The notes beneath the pieces are model-generated. The model ran no database searches and had not been told where the DNA came from. It worked only from the letters and a program-made list of their open reading frames with translations. A DNA stretch of 64,000 nucleotides from Spirochaetota bacterium (lineage in GTDB: Bacteria > Spirochaetota > UBA4802 > UBA5550): the NCBI GenBank assembly GCA_036745755.1, contig DAIOFM010000005.1, positions 17,535 through 81,534 on the forward strand, in the 5' to 3' direction. A program made the position numbers and the translations under genes. Of the stretch, positions 39,978 through 49,390 are shown piece after piece; position 1 is the stretch's first letter, and each line of letters starts with the position of its first letter.

Positions 39978-41243
39978 TTAGTATTCTCTTTTCATAGCGC
40001 AGAATTCACCACACATTGAGCATTGATCATCTTCACGTGAAGGGATTTTTTCCCTGTATTTTTCAGCTTTTTCCCTGTCCATTGCATTACTATACATCTC
40101 TTTCCAGTCACGCTCTTTTCTCGCGATCGACATCCGGTCATCCCAGTTGCGTGCCCTGGTGCCAAGTTTAACTATGTCTGCAGCATGGGCTGCAATCCTG
40201 GAAGCTATAACTCCCTCTTTGACATCGTCAGCATCCGGAAGCCTCAGGTGCTCGGCAGGAGTAACGTAACAGAGAAAATCAGCTCCTGCTGAGGCCGCAA
40301 TTGCCCCTCCTATTGCGCCTGTAATATGGTCATATCCGGGGGCAACGTCTGTAACCAGGGGCCCGAGAACATAATAAGGCGCTTCGTCACATAGCCTTTT
40401 TTCTAGTCTTATATTATCTGCAATCATGTCAAGCGGCATATGCCCCGGACCTTCAATAATTACCTGAACATTTTTTTCTCTTGCCCGTTTTGCCAGTTCT
40501 CCGAGAAGAATCATCTCATGTATCTGGCCTCTGTCATTTGCGTCATGTACTGCTCCGGGCCTGAGACCGTCCCCCAGACTTATTGTTACATTATACTCAG
40601 CAAGTATATCAAGTATGTCGTCATAATATTCATAAAGAGGATTCTCTTTATTATTGAATTTAATCCATTCCGCGAGAATTGAACCGCCCCTGCTAGTTAT
40701 CCCAATTATACGTTCCTGTGAGTGAAGAGAGGCCACTGAGGATTTTGTGACGCCCGAGTGGATCGTCATGAAGTCTACTCCCTCTTCAGCCTGATCCTTT
40801 ATAATTTGAAGAAAATCATCTATAGTCATTTCGACCATTGATTTTTTTTGGGCGACCATACGGACAGCGGCTTCATAAATCGGAACTGTCCCCAGGGGCA
40901 GGGGAGAGTGCTCAAGTATTTTTTTTCTGAAAAATGAAAGGTCTCCCCCTGTACTTAAATCCATTATTGCATTTGCACCGTTATCAACAGCTGCTTTAAG
41001 TTTATTCAACTCCTCATCAAGGCTGAAGAGATCGGGGGATGTACCAATGTTGGCATTAATTTTTGTGCTGAGTCCCTTGCCGACACCCACGGGAGTTATA
41101 TTTCTTCTCAGATTTCTGAGAATGGTTATTTTGCCTTCGGCAAAGTCCTTGAGCACTGTTGAAACGGGGAGAGATTCGGCAGAGGCTACTGTCTTAACGT
41201 CTTCCGATATAATACCATTTTTTGCCTGCGAATATATGTTCAT
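39978..41243 (-). CDS. thiC: Phosphomethylpyrimidine synthase ThiC (short form)
   Basis: KINANIGTS, MDLSTGG, GTVPIY, SRGGS, SLGDGLRPG, EGPGHMP, APGYDHIT, CYVTPAEHL, CSMCGEFC. Confidence 0.93.
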   Translation of the reverse strand: MNIYSQAKNGIISEDVKTVASAESLPVSTVLKDFAEGKITILRNLRRNITPVGVGKGLSTKINANIGTSPDLFSLDEELNKLKAAVDNGANAIMDLSTGGDLSFFRKKILEHSPLPLGTVPIYEAAVRMVAQKKSMVEMTIDDFLQIIKDQAEEGVDFMTIHSGVTKSSVASLHSQERIIGITSRGGSILAEWIKFNNKENPLYEYYDDILDILAEYNVTISLGDGLRPGAVHDANDRGQIHEMILLGELAKRAREKNVQVIIEGPGHMPLDMIADNIRLEKRLCDEAPYYVLGPLVTDVAPGYDHITGAIGGAIAASAGADFLCYVTPAEHLRLPDADDVKEGVIASRIAAHAADIVKLGTRARNWDDRMSIARKERDWKEMYSNAMDREKAEKYREKIPSREDDQCSMCGEFCAMKREY

Positions 41244-41492
41244 ACTATTATTAATTATCCTGATTTGATTAAATTGATTGCTGCCAAAGTGCTGAGGTGT
41301 TTTAGTAATGCATGTTCCGGCAGTATCTTGGGAATATAAAATTGCATGTTAATCAGTGTCAATAATAATTCTTGAATATATCTATTCTTTTTTGGCGTTC
41401 TTTTTTTTAAACTTCTGGTATTTTAATTGAATATATTTAATATCGTTATTATTTAGTATTCACAATTAATCAAAATTCTTAAAGGATAATAT

Positions 41493-42266
41493 ATGGACAG
41501 GCTTAAAAGGCTTCAGGAGTGGAGTATATATGAATACGGGAAAAGGTTTTTTATAGAGCCTGAATCGCGTCATGATATTGTAATGAGTAAAATCCGAGAT
41601 GTCGTTACAACGTATAAACCGAAAGTGATAGTTAAGGCCGGTCTGGGTAGCGGTACTATTCTAATTGATTTAATCAACGAGCTGTCAGATGTAACACTCG
41701 TAGTTGTAGAACCGTCGTTAAAAATAATAGAGCAATTCATTGAAGCAAACAGTGATAATGAAAAGGTTAAGGATGTCGGTTTTATAAACGGCGATTTCAG
41801 AAATTTTCCAGTAGATTATTATGCTTCTGACCTGATTATATCGATTGATAATCTCGATATACAGGAGACAGCTCCGGTTATTGATGAATTTCGCAGGGCG
41901 CTTCAGTTTGACGGTTATCTTCTTTTTGCAGGTGTTGTGCTTGAGGATGATGACATTGATGGTGTTTACGACGATTTTATGAGGGGGATATTCCCTCTTC
42001 ATAATGACTATTACATCAAGGATGATCTTAAGACTTTTCTGAACCTCAAGGATTTTTCATTTATTAAGGGCAAGGGGGAATCTTTTGAGTATAATATAGA
42101 TGAAATTGTTAAACATATTAAGGAGCTGTACGGGGACACTGAATTTGATCCAGCATCATTCATTGAGGAAAACCATGCGGCTTTTTCTGAGCTTTATCAA
42201 ATGTCAGAAAAGAAAATATTTATACCGTATTTTACCGGTCTTTTTATGAGAAGGAAAATAAACTAG
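41493..42266 (+). CDS. Class I SAM-dependent methyltransferase-like protein
   Basis: Degenerate motif I (VIVKAGLGSG), VVVEPS, FINGDF, DLII, EFRRALQFDG. Confidence 0.6.
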   Translation: MDRLKRLQEWSIYEYGKRFFIEPESRHDIVMSKIRDVVTTYKPKVIVKAGLGSGTILIDLINELSDVTLVVVEPSLKIIEQFIEANSDNEKVKDVGFINGDFRNFPVDYYASDLIISIDNLDIQETAPVIDEFRRALQFDGYLLFAGVVLEDDDIDGVYDDFMRGIFPLHNDYYIKDDLKTFLNLKDFSFIKGKGESFEYNIDEIVKHIKELYGDTEFDPASFIEENHAAFSELYQMSEKKIFIPYFTGLFMRRKIN

Positions 42267-42269
42267 AAT

Positions 42270-43040
42270 TTGCACATGAAGAAATTTAATACTACAGTAA
42301 TGCTGACAATTTTACTCCTGTTATCACCGGTAGTGAAAGCGCAGGAGAGCGGAACTGTTGAAATCACCGCACAGAGTATACTTGCCCGAGTAGACAGAAT
42401 AATGCAGTATCCTGAGGGAGAACTCAGGGGAAGAATGAAGCATATATTTCCCGACGGGAATTCATTTACCGTAGATTTCAGAGGAAATATTACCAGGCAG
42501 GATTTTCTTTTTCATTTCAGCAGCACGTCACGAGGAGAAAGCCTTAAAGTCCTTTATAATATGGGAGGTGAGGACATCTGGGTATATAACATCCATGCTC
42601 TTAAACTTTTCCATAAGATGGGAATAGATAAATACGATCTTCTCGCATCAACCAATTTTTCATTTATCGATATGTCAAATGCTGATTTTCAGAGTAATTA
42701 TAATGCAAGGATAACCGGACGTACTGTAATTAAAGGTGTCGACTGCTACAGACTCTATCTTGAACCTCTATTTCCGGAAAGCATGTACGGGGCACTTACC
42801 ATGTATGTGTCAGTTGAAAAGTATCATCCGCTGAGAATAGATTTTCATGACAGGGACAAGGTTATATTCAAATTCATGACACTTGCAAAAGTTATGGAGA
42901 AAGGAAACAAAAGCGTTCCCCTTAGATATGATATGCTGAATATAAAAGACGGGACAATTACCATACTTAGTTTTCTCAGGTTTGAGGAAAGCGTAAAGTA
43001 CAGGAATGAGATATTCAGGCCTGAAAAATTAGGTGAGTAA
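42270..43040 (+). CDS. Outer-membrane lipoprotein-sorting (LolA-like, DUF1329/TP0789-type) protein
   Basis: Signal peptide; AQSILARVD, EDIWVY, LASTNFSFIDM, LRIDFHDRD, terminal IFRPEKL; ATG alternative at 42276. Confidence 0.7.
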   Translation: MHMKKFNTTVMLTILLLLSPVVKAQESGTVEITAQSILARVDRIMQYPEGELRGRMKHIFPDGNSFTVDFRGNITRQDFLFHFSSTSRGESLKVLYNMGGEDIWVYNIHALKLFHKMGIDKYDLLASTNFSFIDMSNADFQSNYNARITGRTVIKGVDCYRLYLEPLFPESMYGALTMYVSVEKYHPLRIDFHDRDKVIFKFMTLAKVMEKGNKSVPLRYDMLNIKDGTITILSFLRFEESVKYRNEIFRPEKLGE

Positions 43041-43761
43041 ATTGCCGCAGTTTTTTATTGATAAAGAAAACATTTCTAATGGAGTAGTGCGAATTACCGG
43101 CAGTGACAGTTACCATTTAAGCAGGGTAAGGAGAGTGAAGCCGGGTAGTACTATTCTTCTCAGGGATGAGGAGGGGATGGGGTATTCCGCCAGGGTAACT
43201 GAAGTCACTTCTGATGAAATAAAAGCTGAGATAACAGACGAATTCAGCCGGGGCAGCACAATCCCGGATATCAGTCTTTATATGGCTCTCCTGAAAGGTG
43301 GGAATTTTGAATTTGTCATACAGAAGGCTGTAGAAATAGGAGTTAACAGGATGATACCCGTTGTTACCGAAAGAACAGTCCCTGATCCTGAAAAAATGTC
43401 CGGCAAGAAGATCGACAGGTGGAATAAAATTTCAGATGAAGCCTGCAAACAGTGTCTAAGAAGCACACCTGTTTTAATTGAACCTCCTTTGCGGTTTAAA
43501 GAGGTCCTTGGTGAGGATGTGACTGAGCCCCGGCTTATATGCCATCCCGGAGCGGATCTTCAGCTTAAACAGGCCCTTAAGGATTTCACTTCAAGGCAGT
43601 CTGTTTCAGTTCTTGTGGGGCCTGAGGGGGGATTCAGTGCAGGGGAGATTACTGAAGCGCGCAATGCCGGATGGTCAGCGGTAAATCTCGGTGTAAACCA
43701 TCTTCGTGCGGAGACAGCCGCTTTAATTATACCTGCAGTAATAATATATGAATGGAGTTAA
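43033..43761 (+). CDS. rsmE: 16S rRNA m3U1498 methyltransferase RsmE
   Basis: HLSRVRRV, FVIQKAVEIGV, EACKQC, VLVGPEGGFS, LRAETAA. Confidence 0.95.
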   Translation: MSKLPQFFIDKENISNGVVRITGSDSYHLSRVRRVKPGSTILLRDEEGMGYSARVTEVTSDEIKAEITDEFSRGSTIPDISLYMALLKGGNFEFVIQKAVEIGVNRMIPVVTERTVPDPEKMSGKKIDRWNKISDEACKQCLRSTPVLIEPPLRFKEVLGEDVTEPRLICHPGADLQLKQALKDFTSRQSVSVLVGPEGGFSAGEITEARNAGWSAVNLGVNHLRAETAALIIPAVIIYEWS

Positions 43762-43845
43762 TCTCACCTTTATCCCTGGTTTTCTCCGAAGTACATGTTA
43801 ACCGGTGTTTCTGATACACTTGAATAATAAAGCCGGCAGTATATA

Positions 43846-44079
43846 ATGAATGTTGAAACACTTATAAAAAAGCGTGATGAACTCCGTAAAGAATGGAAAG
43901 AAATACGTAACAGTCGTTTCATTTATAAAGGGAAATTAAGCAGTTCCGCAAGTCATGGTAAAAGTATAAAACGTGACAGAAAATATATTGAACTTAAAAA
44001 GAGACAGGCGCATCTGTCAAAAATGATTAAACATATAGAAAGAGATATAATCAGGAGAATAAATGGGAAAAGGGTCTAA
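43846..44079 (+). CDS. Small, very basic hypothetical protein
   Basis: 77-aa K/R-rich helical ORF overlapping the next gene; no SD, and a TATAAT overlaps its ATG. Confidence 0.5.
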   Translation: MNVETLIKKRDELRKEWKEIRNSRFIYKGKLSSSASHGKSIKRDRKYIELKKRQAHLSKMIKHIERDIIRRINGKRV

Positions 44080-45352
44080 AAAAAGAATCAGGAAGCATCT
44101 TGCTTACGCGGATGAGTCAGGAAATGTTTATGATTATTACGGTCTTGAAGGCGCTTTCAGATCCGGATACAGGTTTGTACCGGTGGATGAAAGTGAATTA
44201 ATTCCTCTCCCGTACGGCAGTTACCTGTTCACTCTTCCTGAACGCTATCCCGTCACTTATGATGGCAGTGATTTTACTGTTGTAAAAGAATCCCCGGAAG
44301 GGACTGATATAAATGCAGTATCGTCATTTCTCGCTTCAGGTTATCTAAGAACCTATCTGCCCGCATTCAGAAAAAAAAGTAAAGAGTCAGTAATACTTCC
44401 TCTCTGGGCATACGCCGGGGTAGTTATTGATAAAAACCGATTTTATGTTCCTGCGATGAGAATTGATGAAGACCCGAGATCTGATCCGGCTATACATGAA
44501 AATCATTCGGAATTTAACCAGGCCAAAAAAATAGTAAAGTCTGAATATCCTGAAAATCGTCTTATAAACCAGCTTGAAATATGTTCAACCGAATATAACT
44601 GTCTGTGCGCGAGAAATTTTTTTCTCAGCAGATATGAATGTCCTGTGCCCAGCAGCCCGGCCTGTAATGCAGACTGCCTTGGCTGCTTTTCATACCAGGA
44701 TGAATCATCCGGATTCTGCCAGTCGCAATTCAGGCTGAATTTTTCTCCTACCCCTGAAGAGATTTCAGAAATAATAATACATCATTTTCAGAAAGTGGAA
44801 AACGGAGTGGCAAGCTTCGGTCAGGGATGCGAAGGGGAGCCTCTTCTCAGGGGGAAAGATCTCGCAAAATCCATTGCACTTGTAAGAGAAAAAACGTCTT
44901 GTGGAACAATCAATGTTAATACAAATGGTTCCCGTACAGACACAGTTTCCGATATGATTGATGCAGGGCTTGATTCAATTCGTGTAAGCCTTAACTCTCC
45001 TACTGAAAAATATTATAATTCCTACCACAGGCCTGTTAATTATAAGTTCGCTGATGTACTCAGAACAATTGACCTTGCCCTGAACAGGGGAATATTTGTT
45101 TCAATCAATCTGTTTTTCACTCCCGGATTTACAGATTCTGTAAGTGAAGTCGAGAGTCTTTACAGTTTTCTTGAAAAGTTTCCTGTGAATATGATACAGA
45201 CCAGGAATATGAATATAGATCCGGATTATTTTTTTGACAGAATTAATTTTCAGGATGAAGATGCCATAGGAATTAGAAACCTGATTGACGAAATCAGGCA
45301 AAAGTACCCCTCTGTAAGACTCGGTTATTATAATCCGCCTATAAAAAAGTAG
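44063..45352 (+). CDS. Radical SAM protein of unknown function
   Basis: CNADCLGC (CxxxCxxC), FGQGCEGEPL, NVNTNGS, DSIRVSLNS. Confidence 0.9.
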   Translation: MGKGSKKRIRKHLAYADESGNVYDYYGLEGAFRSGYRFVPVDESELIPLPYGSYLFTLPERYPVTYDGSDFTVVKESPEGTDINAVSSFLASGYLRTYLPAFRKKSKESVILPLWAYAGVVIDKNRFYVPAMRIDEDPRSDPAIHENHSEFNQAKKIVKSEYPENRLINQLEICSTEYNCLCARNFFLSRYECPVPSSPACNADCLGCFSYQDESSGFCQSQFRLNFSPTPEEISEIIIHHFQKVENGVASFGQGCEGEPLLRGKDLAKSIALVREKTSCGTINVNTNGSRTDTVSDMIDAGLDSIRVSLNSPTEKYYNSYHRPVNYKFADVLRTIDLALNRGIFVSINLFFTPGFTDSVSEVESLYSFLEKFPVNMIQTRNMNIDPDYFFDRINFQDEDAIGIRNLIDEIRQKYPSVRLGYYNPPIKK

Positions 45353-45363
45353 ATGGAGGACAT

Positions 45364-45771
45364 ATGTCTGATTATATCAATGATCCAGTATGTTACGCGA
45401 AAGAGGTTGTTGCGAAAGATCCGATGGCATTATTCCTGGGGGTCGAGACAGAAGAGGTCACAGCAGGTTATGCGCGCTGTTCAATTACGATAAAACCGGA
45501 ATTTCTGAATGCTGTGGAAAGGGCTCATGGAGCCATAATTTATGCAGTTCTGGATCAGGCTCTTGCTGTCGCTGCAAACTCGACCGGAAATGTCGCCGTT
45601 TCATTGAGTGTAAGTATTAACTATATATCTTCAGCAATTGATGGTGAAAAAATTTTCGCTGAGGCAATTCCAGTCAACACAGGCAAAAAGGTGAGTTTCT
45701 GGAAACTTGAAGTCCGGGGAACAGAAGATAAAATTATAGCCACGGGGAATGGGGTTGCCTACCATAAATAG
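45364..45771 (+). CDS. PaaI family hotdog-fold thioesterase
   Basis: LNAVERAHGAIIYAVLDQ, SVSINYI, GKKVSFW. Confidence 0.88.
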   Translation: MSDYINDPVCYAKEVVAKDPMALFLGVETEEVTAGYARCSITIKPEFLNAVERAHGAIIYAVLDQALAVAANSTGNVAVSLSVSINYISSAIDGEKIFAEAIPVNTGKKVSFWKLEVRGTEDKIIATGNGVAYHK

Positions 45772-45774
45772 AAA

Positions 45775-46092
45775 ATGAGATTCAGAATAAGTCTTGATGA
45801 CAGGATTATAGTTAAATGGATGATAAAATATTACTGCCGGAAAAAACATGGCGGTAATGAATTATGCGATGAATGTTCTGAATTACTTAATTATGCTCTG
45901 ATGAGAATTGAACAATGTCCTTATGGTAAAGACAAACCTGTATGTTCAAAATGCAGGATACACTGTTATAAACCTGAAAAAAGAGATAATATCAAAGGTG
46001 TAATGAAATTCTCAGGATCCGCGATTCTTTTAAGAAAACCAATAACCGGATTAAAATATTTGCTGAAAAAGAAATTTTATAATATAGAATAG
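45775..46092 (+). CDS. YgbA / nitrous-oxide-stimulated promoter family Cys-rich protein
   Basis: MIKYYCRKKH, LCDECSELLNYA..R...CPYG..KPVCSKC.IHCY, VMKFSG. Confidence 0.85.
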   Translation: MRFRISLDDRIIVKWMIKYYCRKKHGGNELCDECSELLNYALMRIEQCPYGKDKPVCSKCRIHCYKPEKRDNIKGVMKFSGSAILLRKPITGLKYLLKKKFYNIE

Positions 46093-46099
46093 ATAAATG

Positions 46100-46131
46100 A
46101 AAAAATCCCCTTTAGAGAAAGGGGATTTTTT
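46100..46131. terminator. Bidirectional intrinsic terminator
   Basis: AAAAAATCCCCTTT-AGAG-AAAGGGGATTTTTT between convergent genes. Confidence 0.85.
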
Positions 46132-46148
46132 ATTGTAGTAATGGTATT

Positions 46149-46724
46149 TTACTGTTCTCTTACAAGTTTGTTGTCTTCGAAAATACCGTCAACTCTGGAG
46201 GTGTCGGGCCATGTAATTGTGCCTTTTCCGTTAAGTTTCCCTTCTTTCCATTGTCCTTCGTACTTAACGCCTTCCGCCCAGGTATAAGTTCCGGTACCAT
46301 CCATTTTACCGTCTTTCCATTCACCGGTATATGAGTCTCCATTTTTCCATTTATACTCGCCGGTTCCATTACGTTGATTGTCTTTATAATCACCATTAAA
46401 GACATCGCCATTATTGTAAGTATAAACGCCTTTTCCGCTTCTCTGGTTGTTTTCAAAGGTGCCGTCATATTTAGCGCCGTTCGGCCATAGCATTACGCCT
46501 TTCCCATCAACTTTGCTCTCTTTGAAATCACCGCTATATTCTGCACCCTGAGGGAATTTTACTTTTCCGGTTCCGTTAAGACAGTCGCCTTCAGTACATG
46601 AGACTCCTGCTCCATATGCCTTAACAACAGGTGTATCCTCTTCTTTTTGTGCCGATTCGCATGAAACAAGTGCAAAAACTGCCGCAATTGTTATGGGAGC
46701 AAGTATTAAATTTTTCAATTTCAT
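46149..46724 (-). CDS. MORN-repeat lipoprotein
   Basis: Lipobox LVSC; repeated Y.G.F/W.....G.G...W.NG units; ATG at 46724 after GGAGG. Confidence 0.9.
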   Translation of the reverse strand: MKLKNLILAPITIAAVFALVSCESAQKEEDTPVVKAYGAGVSCTEGDCLNGTGKVKFPQGAEYSGDFKESKVDGKGVMLWPNGAKYDGTFENNQRSGKGVYTYNNGDVFNGDYKDNQRNGTGEYKWKNGDSYTGEWKDGKMDGTGTYTWAEGVKYEGQWKEGKLNGKGTITWPDTSRVDGIFEDNKLVREQ

Positions 46725-46792
46725 CAATAACCTCCTGTTTACAGGCTTCCGGCCTGCCGGTAGATGAATTTAATAATCCGTATAATAAATAT

Positions 46793-46821
46793 TTCCGGCA
46801 GAAAATAAGTATCTGCCGGAA
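46793..46821 (-). terminator. Stem-loop downstream of the OmpL47-type gene
   Basis: TTCCGGCAGA / TCTGCCGGAA 10-bp stem. Confidence 0.6.
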
Positions 46822-46831
46822 TAATAGTAGA

Positions 46832-48004
46832 TTATTCTGTTATAAGCTTGATGTTTGTATCAGCAGGTATAATATCAACAAATACATCAAGAACTGCTGT
46901 TTTGCTTATGTTTCCAACACCATCTTTTGCAATTGCTTCAATTTTATGCTGCCCGTTAGTGTTAAACATGATTTCACCGGTATAAAGGATAAAATCACTC
47001 TTGTTGTCTATTCTGTAATAAATTGATTTAACACCGGATTCAGTATCAGCTGCAGTTATTGTATACTTGTACTCTTTTGATGCGACCAGAGTATTTTCTT
47101 TTTTAAAGAATTCCTTGTCAGCCTTAATCTCAGCAACTGGAGCTGTTTTATCAACAGCAATTTTTACATCTTCCATGCTCTCAGCAAGGAGGTTGCCGTT
47201 TTCATCAAGAACTTTGGTAGTATATTTTTTTGTGAGGTTTCCGACTTTATCTTCAGCAGCTACATCAATTTTAACAGGCTCAAGTGAATTAATCATGAAA
47301 GGCTTTACATATTCTTTATGTTCTTCACCTGCTGCTGCATAAGATATGCCGGCTACACCTGAAATATTATCTTTAGCTGCGATAGTATATTCATAGCTGA
47401 ATTTATCTGAAGCGTAAATTGTTTCGCCTGTTTTAGCGAAAGGAGCTTTTACTATAACAGCAACTTCAGGAGCTGTTGTATCAACTATTACATTGATGCT
47501 TTTCTGCATCTCTTTGTTCCCCATTTTGTCAACACTGTAATAGTAAAGAACATGCCCGCCTTCCTCGTTAAGAGTAAATGGCTCGGTGTATTTCTGTTCA
47601 GCGTTTTCGTCCACTTTGTAGAACTTTGTGTCGGGCATAATATTGTCAACTTCGAAGAGTTCAAAACGAACTTTATCATTTACATAGGTATTATAACCGT
47701 CAGAAAATGATCTTGGTTTGCCTTTAAGTATCTGAACTTCCTCTTTTTCAAACACTTTTTCAGCATGCTCAGTAGCTGTGTCTTCAGTTGTAAGATGATC
47801 TGAAGTTGCCTCTTCTGTAGCTTCTGTTGTCTCTTCAGTTGCATCAGTAGTTTCTTCTGCTTCTATATCTGTACCAGTGTCAGTTCCATTTTCGATTCCA
47901 GTATCTGTTCCTGTATCTGTCCCTGCATCCTGAGAGATTGCAGCGCTGGTGATAAGAAGAAATGCTGTAAGTATAAATAGCATTAATATAGAAAACTTTT
48001 TCAT
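46832..48004 (-). CDS. OmpL47-type exported protein (Ig-like repeats) with acidic Thr-rich N-terminal linker
   Basis: Signal peptide; three units ending in D..GN (YSVDKMGN, AEDKVGN, AKDGVGN); DTG/TEE repeats. Confidence 0.75.
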   Translation of the reverse strand: MKKFSILMLFILTAFLLITSAAISQDAGTDTGTDTGIENGTDTGTDIEAEETTDATEETTEATEEATSDHLTTEDTATEHAEKVFEKEEVQILKGKPRSFSDGYNTYVNDKVRFELFEVDNIMPDTKFYKVDENAEQKYTEPFTLNEEGGHVLYYYSVDKMGNKEMQKSINVIVDTTAPEVAVIVKAPFAKTGETIYASDKFSYEYTIAAKDNISGVAGISYAAAGEEHKEYVKPFMINSLEPVKIDVAAEDKVGNLTKKYTTKVLDENGNLLAESMEDVKIAVDKTAPVAEIKADKEFFKKENTLVASKEYKYTITAADTESGVKSIYYRIDNKSDFILYTGEIMFNTNGQHKIEAIAKDGVGNISKTAVLDVFVDIIPADTNIKLITE

Positions 48005-48278
48005 TTAAAAAACCTCCAGTTTTTTTTTGCGATTTGATATGACAGAAATTCTTCGATTGTCTTATTCGAATATCTCCGAGTCTGTATTATTTATAATATT
48101 ATATTAATTTAATCAATAAAAATAAATTAATATAATCAAAAATAAATTCAATTATTAACTTTAAATACGAATAAATTTCGGCAATTTTAAACTAAAAATA
48201 TATATTTTAAACCATTAAGTCTTAATTCAATTAAGAACAGCTATTTTATAATTCAGAATAAAGCATGAAAGGATGAAT

Positions 48279-49340
48279 TTATTCTTTGATATTGTAAAAA
48301 AAGCCGAAAAGGGCTGATTTTTCACCTGTAACTGTTGAATTCAATCCGGCACCGGACCATGTTTCAAATTTTACTTCATCACGGTGCTTTTCCCCTTTAT
48401 CGTCAGTAACAATAAGATAAAATTTAGTTTCTGTACTGATGTTTCTGAAACTGTCCGGGTTTTTTTTCAGATTTTCCTCTTTTGTTTTAAAAGAGAGATT
48501 TTTATCACTGCCTTTGAATTCAAGAGGGGGTGCTTTTACCCATTTCATCATCCTGTATTTATATCTTGTCATATAGACCGGTACGTCCCTGTATTTTGTT
48601 TCCCTGTATGTCTCGTTTTTTGTTTCATAAACCGGTCTGTTTTCGTATATATCCTTAAAATATCCGTTACCCAGGTCTTTAACTCCCACCTTGACTTTTT
48701 TTTCACCTACCTTTACCTGAACCTGGCGTGTTTTTGTTTCATAGCCGTCAGGTACTTTGTCATAATGATGGACAGCCCTGTATTGACCGAGTTTGACAGC
48801 TCCAGCAGGCAGTGACCAGTCTTCCTCTGTTACCAGTTTATATTCATCAAAAGATATTCTGGCTGTATAATCAAATCCTGTAACTTTTACCGGTATTTCT
48901 GATGTGATCATGGAAAGCCCGAACATTACCAGAACAGCTAAAAATAAACCGGCGACAGTATAAAGTATTTTTTTTCCGGTTCCTGATTTTGCGGCTGTTT
49001 CCGGTACAGCAGGAGTATCAGGGAGCTCCGTACTGTCAAAACGAATTTCCCTTTCCTTCAGTGAAACATCCCCTCCTGCCTGATCTCTTTTATTGCCGCA
49101 GCTGACGCAGAACTGATCAAAAGCATTGTTCTGGGTTGAACAATAGGAACATTTCCAGTCAGCTCCTGCCTCAGCTTCCTTCAGCAGGAGTTCATCAGTC
49201 ACTTCTTCTGCATCTTCAGGAAGATAGAATTTGACGTCATCAGGACGGGGGGAACCGCACGAACCGCAATATGAATCAGGTCCCCTGTTCCCTCTCCTTC
49301 CACATACACCGCAGTCCCATTTTCCCTCTCTAATAGCCAT
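48279..49340 (-). CDS. Membrane protein with two N-terminal RanBP2-type zinc fingers
   Basis: WDCGVC...CGSC and WKCSYC...CVSC, then one TM and a C-terminal extracytoplasmic domain; GGAG RBS. Confidence 0.8.
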   Translation of the reverse strand: MAIREGKWDCGVCGRRGNRGPDSYCGSCGSPRPDDVKFYLPEDAEEVTDELLLKEAEAGADWKCSYCSTQNNAFDQFCVSCGNKRDQAGGDVSLKEREIRFDSTELPDTPAVPETAAKSGTGKKILYTVAGLFLAVLVMFGLSMITSEIPVKVTGFDYTARISFDEYKLVTEEDWSLPAGAVKLGQYRAVHHYDKVPDGYETKTRQVQVKVGEKKVKVGVKDLGNGYFKDIYENRPVYETKNETYRETKYRDVPVYMTRYKYRMMKWVKAPPLEFKGSDKNLSFKTKEENLKKNPDSFRNISTETKFYLIVTDDKGEKHRDEVKFETWSGAGLNSTVTGEKSALFGFFYNIKE

Positions 49341-49390
49341 GGTTATTCTCCTTATGGGGTAATAAAATTTCTAAATTTAATCAGTTATAA

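Noticed and set aside
41244-41400. TPP riboswitch upstream of thiC
   Set aside because: Core motifs are absent on the sense strand; CTGAG and CCTGAT occur only on the opposite strand and in the wrong order.
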